Shown in pieces: positions 38,091 to 51,925 of a stretch of 64,000 nt of DNA (the first letter of the stretch is position 1; each line of letters opens with the position of its first letter). The notes beneath the pieces were generated by a model, which ran no database searches, was not told the DNA's origin, and saw only the letters and a list, made by a program, of their open reading frames with translations. Made by a program: the position numbers and the translations under genes. This stretch comes from Octopus sinensis (Eukaryota), in NCBI RefSeq assembly GCF_006345805.1, contig NW_021832432.1, positions 124,001 to 188,000 on the forward strand. The letters are read 5' to 3'.

Positions 38091-38494
38091 GGATCCTTGC
38101 AGTTTGAACGGCAGTTTTTTCTAGCGGTGTCATATGAAATTGTCACCCATAATTATGACCCTAGTATCGATCTATTACATTTCAATCTGTTTTAGGGTTA
38201 GGGGTGGAGGGAAGGGTATATTTTTTTCTTCACAAATGTAAATAAACTCAATCTGTTTCTTAAACCAGGGACATATTCATATGGCACAGAATGTTTTTTT
38301 ACCTCAATGGACGACAGTGATTGGTTGAAATTGCAGAAAAAAAAACAACAAATATCTTACAAACTATAGAATTTTCTCAATAAAGCCAAGAGAAAAAGAT
38401 GTTTTATAAACACATTCTACCAGTATACGAAGTTTAAAATTTTTTAGTTACCTAGAAATTATGTTAAAAACTGCCGTTCGAACCGAAAAGATCC
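38091..38494. mobile_element. MITE with GG-starting TIRs and an 8-bp TSD (Merlin-like pattern)
   Basis: GGATCCTTGCAGTTTGAACGGCAGTTTTT / AAAAACTGCCGTTCGAACCGAAAAGATCC; CAATATTT on both sides. Confidence 0.8.
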
Positions 38495-39339
38495 CAATAT
38501 TTATATCCCTATTTTTTATTACTCACATATACTCCCACTCATACTCCATATAATTTACAGCCTCCCACATATGCGTGTGTGTGTGTGTGTGTCTACATAT
38601 TGTGAAAACTGAAAACAAGTGATGTAGAAACAAAACACCAATTAATAACAATTCTAACACATAATCAACTTAGCGAACCCTGTTCCTTGTCATTCTTTTT
38701 GATTTTTGGTAGTCATTTTTTCTTTTGTTTTCGAATATCTGTTCTTTCTTTCTTTCTTTCTTTACTTTTTCGTGGGTGGGAGTTATGATGTTCTTCCTAG
38801 TTTCTGATTGTTATTATGATTATTATTATTATTACTTTGGCATCTGAAAGTCATTTTCAAGTGTTTCTTGAAGACTACTTTCGAATAAGGAGAAAGGGAA
38901 GTCTGAGAAAAGAAGGGATGAAAAGTAAAAGAAAGGAATAAGAACAAACATGAATATCACAAAACGAAATAGAAAAGAGAGAAAGAAAGGGAAAAAGAGA
39001 GAAAGGGTGGAAGAGATAACGTATATTTCTAGGTCATATGGAGGAAAAAAACAGAAGAAAAAAACGTCCAGTTTTCAGAAAAGCAAAGAAAACAAAAAAT
39101 TTTTTTTCCAAATCTTTTGAAACAGAAAGTAGAAAATGGGTGACAGAATAGGGAGAGAATAAGGAAGTAGTAGAAAGGTAGTGGGGATGGGGAAGAAATG
39201 AGAATGCGCTAGAAGATTCTGTTGGTAAAGTTGGTATTGAGGATAGAGATGTCAGTAGAAAATACTGAAGACTGAACGAGTGAGGGAGTCAGTGTCAATT
39301 TTTTTTTTTTTAGGCAAAACGTGAGATAAAATAAAAAAT

Positions 39340-39668
39340 ATAATAAAAACGTTGAGAGGAGACGGGGAAAGTGAGATCATGCGAGAGAAAGAGACAGAAA
39401 AGAGAACAGAAGAAAGAAATAGGAGAGAAAGAAGGAGAGAGAGGGGGGCAAGGAGATAGAGGAACAGGGAGAGAAAGAGAAGGGAAAGAGAGGGACAGGT
39501 AAAGAGGAACAGAGAGAGAGAGAGAGCGAGAGAGAGGGATAGCGAAGCGAGTGAGAGAGGGACAGAGACAGTGAGTGAGAGGGGGACAGGTAGAGAGGAA
39601 CAGAGAGAGCGAGAGAGAGGGATAGCGAAGCGAGTGAGAGAGGGACAGAGAGAGTGAGTGAGAGAGAA
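39340..39668. repeat. GA-rich purine tract with an internal ~85-bp duplication
   Basis: GAGAGAGGGATAGCGAAGCGAGTGAGAGAGGGACAGAG twice. Confidence 0.9.
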
Positions 39669-39749
39669 CCAAAATTCTGAGAGATCAAAGAGTAAAAAAA
39701 AAACAAAATTATTCAGGTTGACAGAGATGGAGAAAGATTTTATGCAATA

Positions 39750-40092
39750 GTTTGTGACGTAGACAGCAAAGCAATAAATGATGACGTATGTTAGTGAGTA
39801 AAGCAGAAATAAAATAAACGAGTGTAGCCAGCAAGTTGAGTGAGAGTGCGTGCGTGAGTGAGTTCTCCAAGTGGCTGAATTTACCCAGCACTGAGATAGA
39901 GAGAAAGAGAAAGACTAGTAACCAGAGTGGGAGATACACATACCTAAGGAGGAACCGTCGCCTGTTCTGTCTGTCGGTGTACTGTAAACGGGCATGTTGT
40001 GACATTCAAGTGAAAATATCTACCGGTTGCCATAAAAAAAATTACAAAGAAAATAAATAACAAAGAAGCCAAAACACCTAAATCAAGTAAGC
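39750..40092 (+). promoter_or_regulatory. Candidate promoter and non-coding first exon
   Basis: Two TGACGTA CRE-like sites (39755, 39782) downstream of a GA tract; unique, CpG-retaining sequence; donor-like CAA|GTAAGC at 40086/7. Confidence 0.25.
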
Positions 40093-40547
40093 TAACGTTC
40101 TTTTTAGTTGTACTAATTGTTTTAAATTTGAATCATCCATAGGTCAGCTTGTTTATATTCTCTGATCTCATTTCTTGTCAATTTCGTGTGTTTTTGCCCG
40201 TCCCTTCGTCTGCCCGTCCGTCCGTTCGGTCGTTTACTTACTGAGATCTATCTCTACCCGTATTTATCTATTTATATATTGATAGTTTTATGTATGTTTG
40301 ATCGGTACTGAATACTTCTTGTAAATAAGAGATTGTTTTTTTTCTTTTTCTTGTCGGTTTTTTCTTTTCACTCCTCATTTCGACCATCAATCACACACCC
40401 ATTATTTGCCTACGTTCGTTCAAACGAACGTTCTTTTCAGGAAACGATCAGAAATGATGCTTGTGATTAATTAAAAACAAAATTTGTTGTGATTCCAGTA
40501 CCACTACAACCACTACTACCAACATCTCCAATAATAATAATAATCAT

Positions 40548-40652
40548 TCTTTTTGTTATAGGCACAAGGCCTGAAATTTTGTGGGGGAAGGGGGCAAGTC
40601 GATAATTTCGACCCCAGTATTCAACTGGTACTTATTTTATCGACCCCGAAAA
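40548..40652 (-). mobile_element. SINE B 3' fragment
   Basis: GGCACAAGGCCTGAAATTT...GGTACTTATTTTATCGACCCCGAAA. Confidence 0.85.
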
Positions 40653-41884
40653 GAATAGGGATTATGATAATAATTATCATTAGTATTAATGGTGATTAAC
40701 AGTATCATATAATTGTGCAATGTGTATTTGTTTGACAAAATGTAAAAGTCTGTAAACCTTCTTCAATGCTAAGCCGAGTTATTTTTGTCATTAAGGCCTC
40801 CTAACATGCTCCTCCATGAAGCATGTATATATATACATACGGCCATCATAAACACCGAAACACGCAAACGAGGAAGTGTCACGAAACACACATACACACA
40901 CACTCACACACACATACACACACTCATACACACCCACTCACACACGCGCACACACACATGTATATGTATACAATACTCTTTAAGGTGAGATATTTGTACA
41001 CATCCCTGTTTTATATACAGCAATAAAAACAATACAACACACGTACATTTAGAAATTATATAAATCAACCGCAGTGTGTACCTGTACACACGAATATTGT
41101 TGTAGTGTAACGCACACAGTGTCAGACAGACCCATTGCTATCAACATTCTTGTACCGTGACCAACTGTAAATAAACGTGGTATTTTAAGGCATCTTAAAG
41201 CTTCGCTAAATTGTCATTGTTACTTTTGATCAGCCAGGTATAAATGGTTTGTTGGGGTTCAAAACCGTTGCATCACTCTATATGTTTATAGCCATCACAC
41301 TTCACATTTTCGCCTCTTTTAGCCGTTGGAAAAGTACGATCGTTACTTTATCCCAGTTTCTCATCTACCTAAATATGTCTTTGTGCTGTGCCTTATATTA
41401 AGTTTTTGTATTATGATAGTTATATAAAGAGTATAACAGAATTAAGCTACCGAGAAACCAAAGTCCGTGATGCGGTTTCAAATCCTCTTGAGAAAGGCAT
41501 GAACGTCGCTTCATTACATTTCCTCCTACCCTATTAATTGAAGCACTGTGCCTTATGATGTAAGAAATTATTTAGTTTATCGGCGGCTTCTTACTCGCAA
41601 TGTAAGTCAAGTAGTCTTTAACTGGTAAATCATACCTCATCGCCCTTTTTATATCTACAACTGCACACTTATACAAATAATAATAGACGTGTGAATTCCC
41701 ATGTCAATAGACGGTAGATGTTGATCTGGATTTCCAACTCTTATCCACCACGATTTGAGTCTAGATTGTTTGACAGTCATAATGGTACTGACTCTCGCCA
41801 GCTCCACCCATGTTTTGCTTGGAGACAGAAGTCACTCACGCCAAGTACCAAACACATACACACGTGTGTGTGTGTGTCTATATG

Positions 41885-41938
<54 letters not shown>

Positions 41939-41968
41939 TGCAAACACACACCATATATACGTGTATGC

Positions 41969-42004
<36 letters not shown>

Positions 42005-42033
42005 GCAAACACACACCATATATACGTGTATGC

Positions 42034-42080
<47 letters not shown>

Positions 42081-42110
42081 GCAAACACAACACCATATAT
42101 ACATGTATGC

Positions 42111-42142
<32 letters not shown>

Positions 42143-42758
42143 TTACATACACGTATGTATGTGTATACATATTATTAATGTACTAAAACAACTCAATACA
42201 AATATGTATTTGTATGGATAAGTGTTTTTAAAATTCATAGCGACTTTAAATAAGTGCATATGTGAGCGTATATGTATAAATTATATTATCTATATTTTAT
42301 TTATGTGTATTCGTTGTACGCCTCGCCTTATCGCTCGCTTGTTTATTTTTTTTTTACTCACACACTCGCACTCAAACACACTGAACAAAATCTAATCTAT
42401 GGCTAAGAGTTCTTCTGATCGACTTAATATTACGTGTGGGCGATTGTTTTCCTAGTGGTTGTCATCATTCTTTTCAAGATAATATGCCAGCCTGTCTGCC
42501 TCTAACCATTAGGTACCAATTTTAATTTGGTGTCCTGTCTTCCCCTCTTCCTCCGTCACAAACTTCGTCAAGCACCGATTTCTCCTGTAAACTTCGCTTT
42601 CGCTTACATTCTACTATTGGACGGACCAGGAGCTTTTTGATAAATGTTATAATGTTCATTAAAAGCGTCAGATGAAAATGTGTGTATGTGTGCGAGAGAG
42701 AATATTGTCGAAAATGCTTCAGTCTTTAGAATTCATAGCGGCTTTAAATAGGTGCATG

Positions 42759-42792
<34 letters not shown>

Positions 42793-42808
42793 TGAATTCA
42801 CACACCTT

Positions 42809-42845
<37 letters not shown>

Positions 42846-43029
42846 GTACACAAACATACTAAATCACGTATACAAGTGTATAGAATATGGATATCTATCT
42901 ATAGATAGATATGTATATTCGTATGTACACACATGTGTATATATACGTGTTTGTGTGTGTGTTTGCATACGCCTATACACGTGTGAATTTATATATAATA
43001 TACTTACCCACCTGCACACACACACACAT

Positions 43030-43160
43030 ATATGTATGTCTGTATATGTGTATGTATGAAAATATATATATGTATGTATGTATATATATATAATAGAAAT
43101 ATTAAAATTACTATGTATATATGTGTATGTACATATATATATATATGTATGTATATATTG

Positions 43161-43198
<38 letters not shown>

Positions 43199-43214
43199 CA
43201 TATATATATATATG

Positions 43215-43251
<37 letters not shown>

Positions 43252-43323
43252 TATGTATGTATATATATATGTATGTACATATATATGTGTATGTACTTAT
43301 ATATGTGTATGTACATATATGTG

Positions 43324-43390
<67 letters not shown>

Positions 43391-43400
43391 TATATATATG

Positions 43401-43480
<80 letters not shown>
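43030..43480. repeat. Long degenerate (TA)n/(TG)n tract; similar tracts at 41870-42170, 44120-44200, 60060-60220 and 63220-63450
   Basis: Direct reading; source of the YIYI ORFs. Confidence 0.98.
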
Positions 43481-43482
<2 letters not shown>

Positions 43483-44119
43483 ACATTCAGATTCCACTCG
43501 AAAATAGGTTATTGCCAGGAATCCAAAGGGTCAGTTTTCAGTAAACCTATGCTACTACTATTGCCAATAAATGATATATACATAAACCCTTTCATTTCTC
43601 GTAGTGCCCATGACAACAACATTGTGGCCTGATTTATTTTAATTAAACGTGCAGTCTCATTTTCCTAATATGACTTTATGAGCTTCTTCCCCTCTCCCAT
43701 TGGAAAAAAAAAAGAACAAACAAGTGCCCGATTATCTAACATTCATTGAAATTATTTTCTCTTTTACTAGTCTTTCTAAACAGCATCCCTATTTTGCCTT
43801 CCTCCCTACCAAATCACTCAGTAGTTCACAAATCCATCCCTTTTTACTGCTGTATTCCCCCAGCTCAATTCTGTGATTGCCATGCAAGGTTCTTTCTAAA
43901 TATAGAGAAATACTTTCGTACTATTGTTAATATTTGTTTTTTTTTCTGTTAATTGCTCCCTTGGTTGTGTTTTTCTCGTCTCTCCTGTAGTCTATACCAG
44001 CAGAAATTGGTGTTTGTAATCCCTAGCTGATGCAGTAGGTAGCACCAGTTCAGGTAGAACGAACGACTCAATGCCTGTTAGTTGCATGTTTCCATGTACA
44101 TGTGGGAACACGCGCGCGC

Positions 44120-44180
<61 letters not shown>

Positions 44181-45164
44181 TGTATATGTAGATATTTACG
44201 TGCATGCTTTGTTTTGTGAATGTTTGGTTGTTTATATTTGTATATATTTCGCGTATTGATGTATGTACACATGCATAATTATCAACACGCCAAACATTCA
44301 TGCAAGTGCATAGACACATGCGCGCATGTTTATTACGAGCATGCATACGTGCAATACGTACATTGGCATACATAATTTATTATGTGTAGGTGTTGCGACG
44401 ACCTATTCTTACACGTCCCCTGATCTGCTGTTACCGAAGGAATGCCAGAGATATTTATAAAGGGGACAGATGGTGGGGGGTTTAATTTGTTTTCTTGCTA
44501 TGTGTGTTTGGGGCTTTCATTACTTCAGAATTTGGTGTATAAGTGAAATTACAAGAATTTCTATGTTTTCCTCAAATGAAAACAAATCCCTTTGGCAAAC
44601 AACTCCCTTTTTTGATATTCAAATAAAATCGTTATTAAAGATAAATGTTTTTTCTCTTCTTTCAGCAGAGAATCATCATTTATTTCTCTTTTTATTTTTG
44701 GTGTGGTGGTTTTTAATAATCAATACAGTTTCAGGATAAAAAAAAAAAAAGGAGAAAAAGAAAACGGTAGAGGACCCCTAATATTCCCTTTAAATCTCAA
44801 GAAACAATGCTTTATCGCTGTAGCAGCAGTTTGGTTAGGGAAGCAATTTGGTTTTGTCATAGTAGTAACACGTGCCAACGAGCGCCTTCCTCCAAGTTGA
44901 CGTTTGTTTTGATGAACAAATTAGGGATTAGATTTTCAGAGATGAGGCATGTGTACTCCCTACCACCTCCTGCGCGCTACGACAGCCGTCAGCCTTTTAT
45001 CCTAGCAATTCATTCATTGCTCTTGTTTTATAATAGTAGCAGTATTATTATAGTAGTAGGGACTGGACTTCTGTTTAGACTTACTCATTCTCCCACACCG
45101 TTATAATGCTGACCTGACCTGCAATGAATAGGTTACACAAATAGTAATAAACCAACTCCATTCC

Positions 45165-45790
45165 CATCATGTTCTCTCTCTCTCTTTCTCTTCTCTTTTT
45201 TCTTTCTTTTTCCCCCCATCTCTTTCTCTCTTTTTCTCCTTTCACAATTTCCCCCCACTCTCTCTTCCTACATTTTCTGTCTTTTTCCTTTCAAATTATC
45301 CCCTTCTTTTTTTTTTTTTTTTACTTCAATTCCCTACTTTCTCTCTTTCCCCAAATTCCCTATATTAATAACAAAACAAAACAAAACAAAAAAATTCTTT
45401 CTCATTTCTTTGGCTTTCTTTTTTTTCTCTCTACCTCTTTTTTCTTTCCTATTTCTCTCTCACGCCGACTTGTTCCCTTTTCTAGCCTTGAAAAAAAACC
45501 CCATCATTTTCTTCGTCCTTTCAAATTCATTTTCTTTTCACTTTCTCTTTTACTCTCAATTTCTTCCTCTTCTACATCATCTCTCTTTCTTTCTCCTCCT
45601 CCCTCTGTTATCTCTCATTAAAACATTTTATTAAATCTCTCATCTTGTGTAATCCGTTTTAGTTTTTCCATTCCCCTCTTCCCTTCTCTCTTTGAATGCT
45701 TATTCTCTTTATTAGTTGCATGCTATTACTTTATCCCTCTCACACATCTCTCTCTCTCTCTCTCTCTCCCTTTTCTCTCTAGTTTACACA
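45165..45790. repeat. Polypyrimidine (CT-rich) low-complexity block
   Basis: Direct reading. Confidence 0.85.
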
Positions 45791-46003
45791 CTTCATAAGC
45801 TCTGCCTGTGATCCTTTTTTGCGCAGACCCTATGCATCAATAACACTATATTGCAGTCTTTATATATTGAGCATTTTCTCAAGCAACCATTATCAAGAAT
45901 TATGCATGTACACCTACACACACACACACACACACACACACACTTAAAATATAGTTTTATTTAATGCTTTATAGCCTTATTTTAAACATACATACATATA
46001 TAT

Positions 46004-46055
<52 letters not shown>

Positions 46056-46407
46056 TATATACACTCACACACACTCAAACACACACATACACACACATAT
46101 AATCATGATCATCATTTAACAGCTATCTTCCATGCTGACATGGATTGGGCTATACATATGTATAATATATATGATTGTGTGTGTGTGTATGTGTGTATGT
46201 ATTTATTTCTTTATATATATATATATATATGAATGTTTGTGTGTGTGTATCAATAAAATACAGGAAACATATAGTCTTTTATGCTTTATAAAACATACAT
46301 GCATTTTTGCAAATAAACTGCTAGGATTACATAATTGCTTGTTGAAACTCTATATAATCTTATTAATTCACCTCCTCAGTGTGTGTGTGTGAATGGAGAT
46401 ATATTGT

Positions 46408-46630
46408 GAGGGTGTAAGGTCTAGTGGTTATGGGTGTTGCATTCACAATCGCAAAGTCATGGTTTCAGTTCTTGGACTGGATGGTGAGATGTATTCTTGA
46501 GCAAAACACTTCATCTCATGTCGCTCTGCAGTCGGTTTGACATCTGATGTGTGCTACTCTGTGCCCCTGTACAGACAGTGTTGATTTGATGGAGGGAGTG
46601 AGATAATGTACAGTAAAAAGACATTTGATT
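46408..46630 (+). mobile_element. Degenerate tRNA-derived SINE, family C-related
   Basis: GGTCTAGTGGTT...TTCTTGAGCAAAACACTTCAT. Confidence 0.65.
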
Positions 46631-46639
46631 GCTATAAAC

Positions 46640-46979
46640 CAGGGGTTTTCAACCATCTTTTATCTATAGGCCCCTTTGATTACTATTTTATTCTGGTGGA
46701 CCCCCCCCCCCCATAGCCATTTGATGGTTAAAAACTAGTTTTATAGAAGCTATTTTCGAAATTCCTATTTTATTTTTCGCACATTAATTTGTGTAGGTTG
46801 AACTATGTTAAATGTTAGAGAAAGAAAAAATCAAGCTGTTTCTTGCAATACATTCCAGTATATACATGTAAAGCAAAAATTTTTCAGGAGCCCTTAAAAT
46901 GCTATTTTGGATCTGTCATTGACTATTTTGCTGCGTGGACCACCAAAAATCTTATATGGACCTTATATGAGAACCACTG
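46640..46979. mobile_element. hAT MITE
   Basis: CAGGGGTTTTCA / TGAGAACCACTG; TSD CTATAAAC / CTACAAAC (7/8). Confidence 0.85.
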
Positions 46980-47444
46980 CTACAAACAAATCATCGTGCA
47001 GGTTGTCCAGCAAGAAATTTCGGAACTGCTATTCTCAGATTACAAGAGACTCCCATCACATATGCGCACGCATGTACCCTCCCCCCCACACACACAGACA
47101 CACACATTGATTTTATTGAACCTGAGTTTTTATCTTACAACTTGAGTTTCACACCATGGCTATCTGTTCTAGCCTGAAGATTGCAGTTGCATGAAACTTG
47201 AGTTAGGAGATAAAATTCAGTTTCAAGAAGTGACTACAACTTGTATTGAATGCATCTCCATCATTTGTTCAATACAATCCAGCATTTGTGTTTGCTTATA
47301 TATAGATATAGATATATATATATATAATAAAAGGTGAGAAACTGGAGAGTTGGTAAGGATGTAAATCATTTTATTAACATAGTTCCAAGATAAAATCTGA
47401 ATACAAATAAATTTAATACAATAAGTTCAATATATAGTCCATAT

Positions 47445-48148
47445 GAAGGTGCATGGCTCATTGGTTAGAGCATTGGGCTCACAATCATGCGGTAGTGAGT
47501 TTGATTCCCGGGTTGGGCTGTGCGTTGTATTTTTGAGAGTGGCTGTGTGGTAAGTAGCTTGCTAACCAACCACATGGTTCCGGGTTCAGTTCCACTGCGT
47601 GGCATCTTGGGCAAAGTGTCTTCTGCTATAGCCCCGGGCCGACCAATGCCTTGTGAGTGGATTTGGTAGACGGAAACTGAAAGAAGCCTGTCGTATATAT
47701 GTATATATATTTATGTGTGTGTATATGTTTGTGTGTCTGTGTTTGTCCCCCTAGCATTGCTTGACAACCGATGCTGGTGTGTGTATGTCCCCGTCACTTA
47801 GCGGTTCGGCAAAAGAGACTGATAGAATAAGTCCCGGGGTCGATTTGCTTGACTAAAGGCGGTGCTCCAGCATGGCCGCAGTCAAATGGCTGAAACAAGG
47901 TAAGAGAGTAAGACTTTTTATTTCATGTTGCTCCCGTTTACTCATCTGTAGAAATCAGTTGCAATGTCACTGGTGCCAAGCTGTATCAGCCTTTGCCTTT
48001 CCCTTGGATAACATCTGTGACCTGGAGAGAGGAGGTTGGTATGCATGTGTGACTGCTAGTCTTCTATAAATAACTTTGCCTGGACTTGTGCCTTTGAGGG
48101 TAACTTTCTAGGTGCAATCCATGGTCATTCATGACCAAAGGGGCTCCT
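47445..48148 (+). mobile_element. SINE family C interrupted by SINE A (47537-47908)
   Basis: The C head and body rejoin across the A copy; compare the uninterrupted C copy at 60290. Confidence 0.88.
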
Positions 48149-49069
48149 TTTTCCCTTCTGTCCATATAGTCCGTCTGACAGTCTTACACTCAGTTAACAA
48201 TGTTTACACAATTTCACTTTCAGGGTCAGAGTTATTTAGATGTTATGTGTGAAAATACTTGCCCAAAGTACCAGACAATGAAATCAGACCTAGCGTCAGA
48301 TTATGAAACAAACTTCTTAACCATTTAGTCACAATTACATACACTGCAATGTGCATGCATGCACACACAAATTCACAGAATACACTCACATGGTCAGAAA
48401 TATACTTCTTTCTTAGCTAACCCCCCCTTTTTTTTTTGAATCACAAGGAAGCATTTAGTTGATATTCATCTTTGGTTTCTTCAACATTAAAACAGCAAGA
48501 GATAAATCTATCACTAGATAGGCTGCTGGTTTGTCTTATCACAGGCAGTTCTTTTCACTGCAGGAGTTAAGCTCAACACTGCATGATGACAAATCATTTG
48601 CTGGTTTTATAATGTTGCTGCTCCTGCTGCTGCACTGTAGTGGGTTATTCATGTATTAGACCAAGGCTGCCCAGAATTACACAACAACAGCAGCAGCAGG
48701 TAATTATTGTATCGAGTACTGAGGAGTGAAGGGGCAAATTTACCTTAACAAGATTTGAATTCAGAGAATGGTGCAGGATGAAACTAAATACTCTACTTAT
48801 TCGTGAAACTGGATGTTGCATCAGTAGTTAAACTGATCCCATTTTATTGACTGATTCTTGGAAGGCAAAGTAAATTTGGTAGAATTTGCACTCCCACTTC
48901 CACAAAAAAAAAAAAAAAAAACTCAGAAGTATTTGATTCCTATTGAAAAGGTCAATGTTTATAGAGGTTGTGTGTGTATGGTGTTTGGGAAATTTTAAAT
49001 TGCATTCATCTCCATATATTATCAGTAAAATTTTTTTAGTTGATAGTTGCAGGAATTGTGCGCAGTATC

Positions 49070-49357
49070 TTTCATCGTTTACTTGTTTCAGTTATTAGAC
49101 TGTGGCCATGCTGGGGCACCGCCTTGAAGAAGTTTTAGTTAAATGAATCAACACCAGTACTTACTTTTGGTTAAACCTGGTACTTGTATTGGTTTTTGTT
49201 TGCTGTACTGCTAAGTTACAGGGAACATAAGCACACCAACACTGATTGTCAAGCAGTGGTGGGGGACAAACACTGACACAAAGACACACACACACACAAT
49301 AGGCTTCTTTCAGTTTTTGTCTAAAAATCCCCTCAAAGGCTTTGGTTGGCCCAAGGC
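49070..49357 (-). mobile_element. Older SINE A variant
   Basis: Degenerate reverse-complement A. Confidence 0.8.
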
Positions 49358-50171
49358 TCAATGCACCCTTTTCTCTCTTCAAGCTGTCACATCCTTAATG
49401 TTCCATTGGGTCAAAAGAGAGAATACTGAGAGGGTGTCTATATCGCTTTTTCACTACATAGAGACCTAAAACAATTTGGTGATGTGAGCTACTAGGTTGT
49501 ATTTGTATGTAAGTGATGTCTTAGCTAGTACCAAGTCAGTTCTGATTATATGATCCAAAACATTCCAGCCATGATGATCCTGTATTATACAAAGTGTTCC
49601 TAAATATATTATATCTTAATAAATTAAAACATAATCTACCTACAATCATATTATCCAGCATTCTTCTTTGTTACAGACTATTGGGTATGATGTAAAGGAT
49701 ATTTGGCTGCAGTTTCTAGTAGATTGACCAACTGCATAGAGCTCTGGTAGAGACCCTCTTTTTGATTTACTAGAAACAGCAGTCAAATTTCCCTCAAGAG
49801 GCTGACAAGGGAAGCCACTGTATGAGTACTGGAGAACCTTATTAATAATCAGGGCATCTATAAGTGCATAAGAACCTGTTGGAGTACATATATGTTGAGA
49901 AAAATAATGAATCATTAATTATCCAAATTCATAAGTATGCAACTTATAGGCTTACACTGTTTTTTTTTTTACATATGGGTTAGTATAGAGAATGTCATTA
50001 ACAGGGGGTGGTTTTCAAATTTAAATGTTAGCAGAAGAGGGTCTCTACCACAACCTTATGCATTTCACCAATCTGTGAGAAACTGTAACCAAATTTTCCT
50101 CTAATCATACTTAACAATCTTTAATAAGTAAAGTAGATTATCACTTAAATTATAAAACATAATATCTAATT

Positions 50172-50594
50172 GTGGCCGATGCCAGTGCCAGTCATGGCCA
50201 ATGCCAGTGCCAGTCATGGCCAATGCCAGTGCTGTCTGACGGGCACCCGTGCCGGTAGCATGTAAAAAGCACTGTTCAAGCATTGAGCCTCATGGAGGTA
50301 ATGACAGGTGACCAAGACCCTTGGCAATATACAGTGCTTGTGTTGACCTGTCAAGCCAAGCGAGACCATAGTTGTGGTCAATGCCAGTGACAAGTCAATG
50401 GCACCCATGCCGGTGGCCTGTAAAGAACACCCACTACACTCTCGGAGTGGTTGGCGTTAGGAAGGGCATCCAGGCATAGAAACCTTGCCAAATCAGATTG
50501 GAACCTGGTGCAGACCCTGGCTTAGCAGTTTTCAGTCAGACTGTCCAACCCATGCCAACATGGAAATCGGATGTTAAATAATGATGATGATGAT
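50172..50594 (+). mobile_element. RTE 3' end/UTR copy
   Basis: CACCCACTACACTCTCGGAGTGGTTGGCGTTAGGAAGGGCATCC; (GAT)n tail. Confidence 0.82.
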
Positions 50595-50663
50595 TTAGGA
50601 CTACATTGTACAAGGTAGAGTTGACCCAAGTGGATGAATAGTAATATTAATCTTTGTATAATA

Positions 50664-50880
50664 ATCCTTTCTACTATAGGCACAAGGCCTGAAATTTTGG
50701 GGGAGGGGGCTAGTCGATTACATCTACCCCAGTATTTGACTGGTACTTATTTTATTGATACTGAAAGGATGAAAGGTAAAGTTGACCTCAGCGGAATTTG
50801 AACTCAGAATGTGAAGACAGATGAAATACCACTAAGCATTTTGCCTGACATGCTAATGATTCTGCCAGCCTGCTGCCTTA
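50664..50880 (-). mobile_element. SINE B monomer; further minus copies at 51946-52163, 52236-52348, 58920-59256 and 59355-59500
   Basis: Reverse-complement B core. Confidence 0.85.
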
Positions 50881-51354
50881 AATCTTGTATAATAATAGCC
50901 AATATAAATGGTTGAATGATTGGTTTGTTAGTTGATTGGTTTCTCCAGTCAGGCTTTACATTATATTGAGAGAAGAAAAGAGAGAGAGAGAGAGAGAGTA
51001 AGTTAACATAAGAGAAAGTTAACATAAGAGATGTTGGATGAGTGTACATACAAGGCTTGGTGGCAGGCAGAAATACTAAACTTGTGCTGTAAGAAAGAAC
51101 CATAGAGCCAGAGGAGGAGAAGGAGAAGGAGAGGAAGTAAATGACAGTTTAGTTATGGGAAGAGTTATACGAACGGGAAATTTGTTTTATTTAACTTTAT
51201 TTTAAGACAATAGATATTTTTCTTTTGGAAAGTATTCCTTTCATCATTTCATATAAACATCAAGAATTTGATAAAAGTTGAATCATAATTATTTTGTGTG
51301 TGTTATAATTCCTGATATTTACAAAGTTACCTATTATATGATAAGTAACACTCT

Positions 51355-51925
51355 ATTAATAATAATAGTGCCTTGATGCAGTACCAGGCAGTGGCTCTCA
51401 TGGCTTCTGATCATTTCTGATTGGATGTGTTACCATGTACATTGTTTTGTCTTGGTATAAAAGATGGGCTACAGCAACTATTCTGCTCAATATCACAGAT
51501 TTGCTTGTCAGTTGTTTGATCATAACCAGTTGAGTATGTCCCTTTGTCACTCATGATTATGTTCATCTCTGATCACGAGCAGAAGTAGTGGTGGAACATC
51601 ATAGCCATGTGTTGAAAGGAATCCTTTGGGATTTGGATAATTCACCTTTGGAAACATGGGTGTTTCATTCAACATCCTTAAACAACCCTTATTCAAGGAC
51701 CTTTTGAGCAAGATGGGCTACTCAACCTGAAGAAAATTCTAACTGGGCCCCACCTGCAAAGTCATGCATTGCTTATCTTGATATGAGATCACCATGTCGT
51801 GCACATATGGTTGTGATGCATGTACACAGTGTACCCTTATCAGACAGGTAGTCATGATAGGTGTACTGGATTCCGTATATTTTACCCCAGTGTCACTTTG
51901 ATGGCATATACTGTTCTCTCTTTCA
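51355..51925 (-). mobile_element. ~560-bp interspersed repeat with an (ATT)n tail, probably a retroposon
   Basis: GC-richer block abutting TAATAATAATAGTGCC; single copy here, recognised only by family resemblance. Confidence 0.5.

Noticed and set aside
48564-48699. Exon-like segment with good acceptor and donor
   Set aside because: Stops in all three frames; donor arises from a (CAG)n repeat
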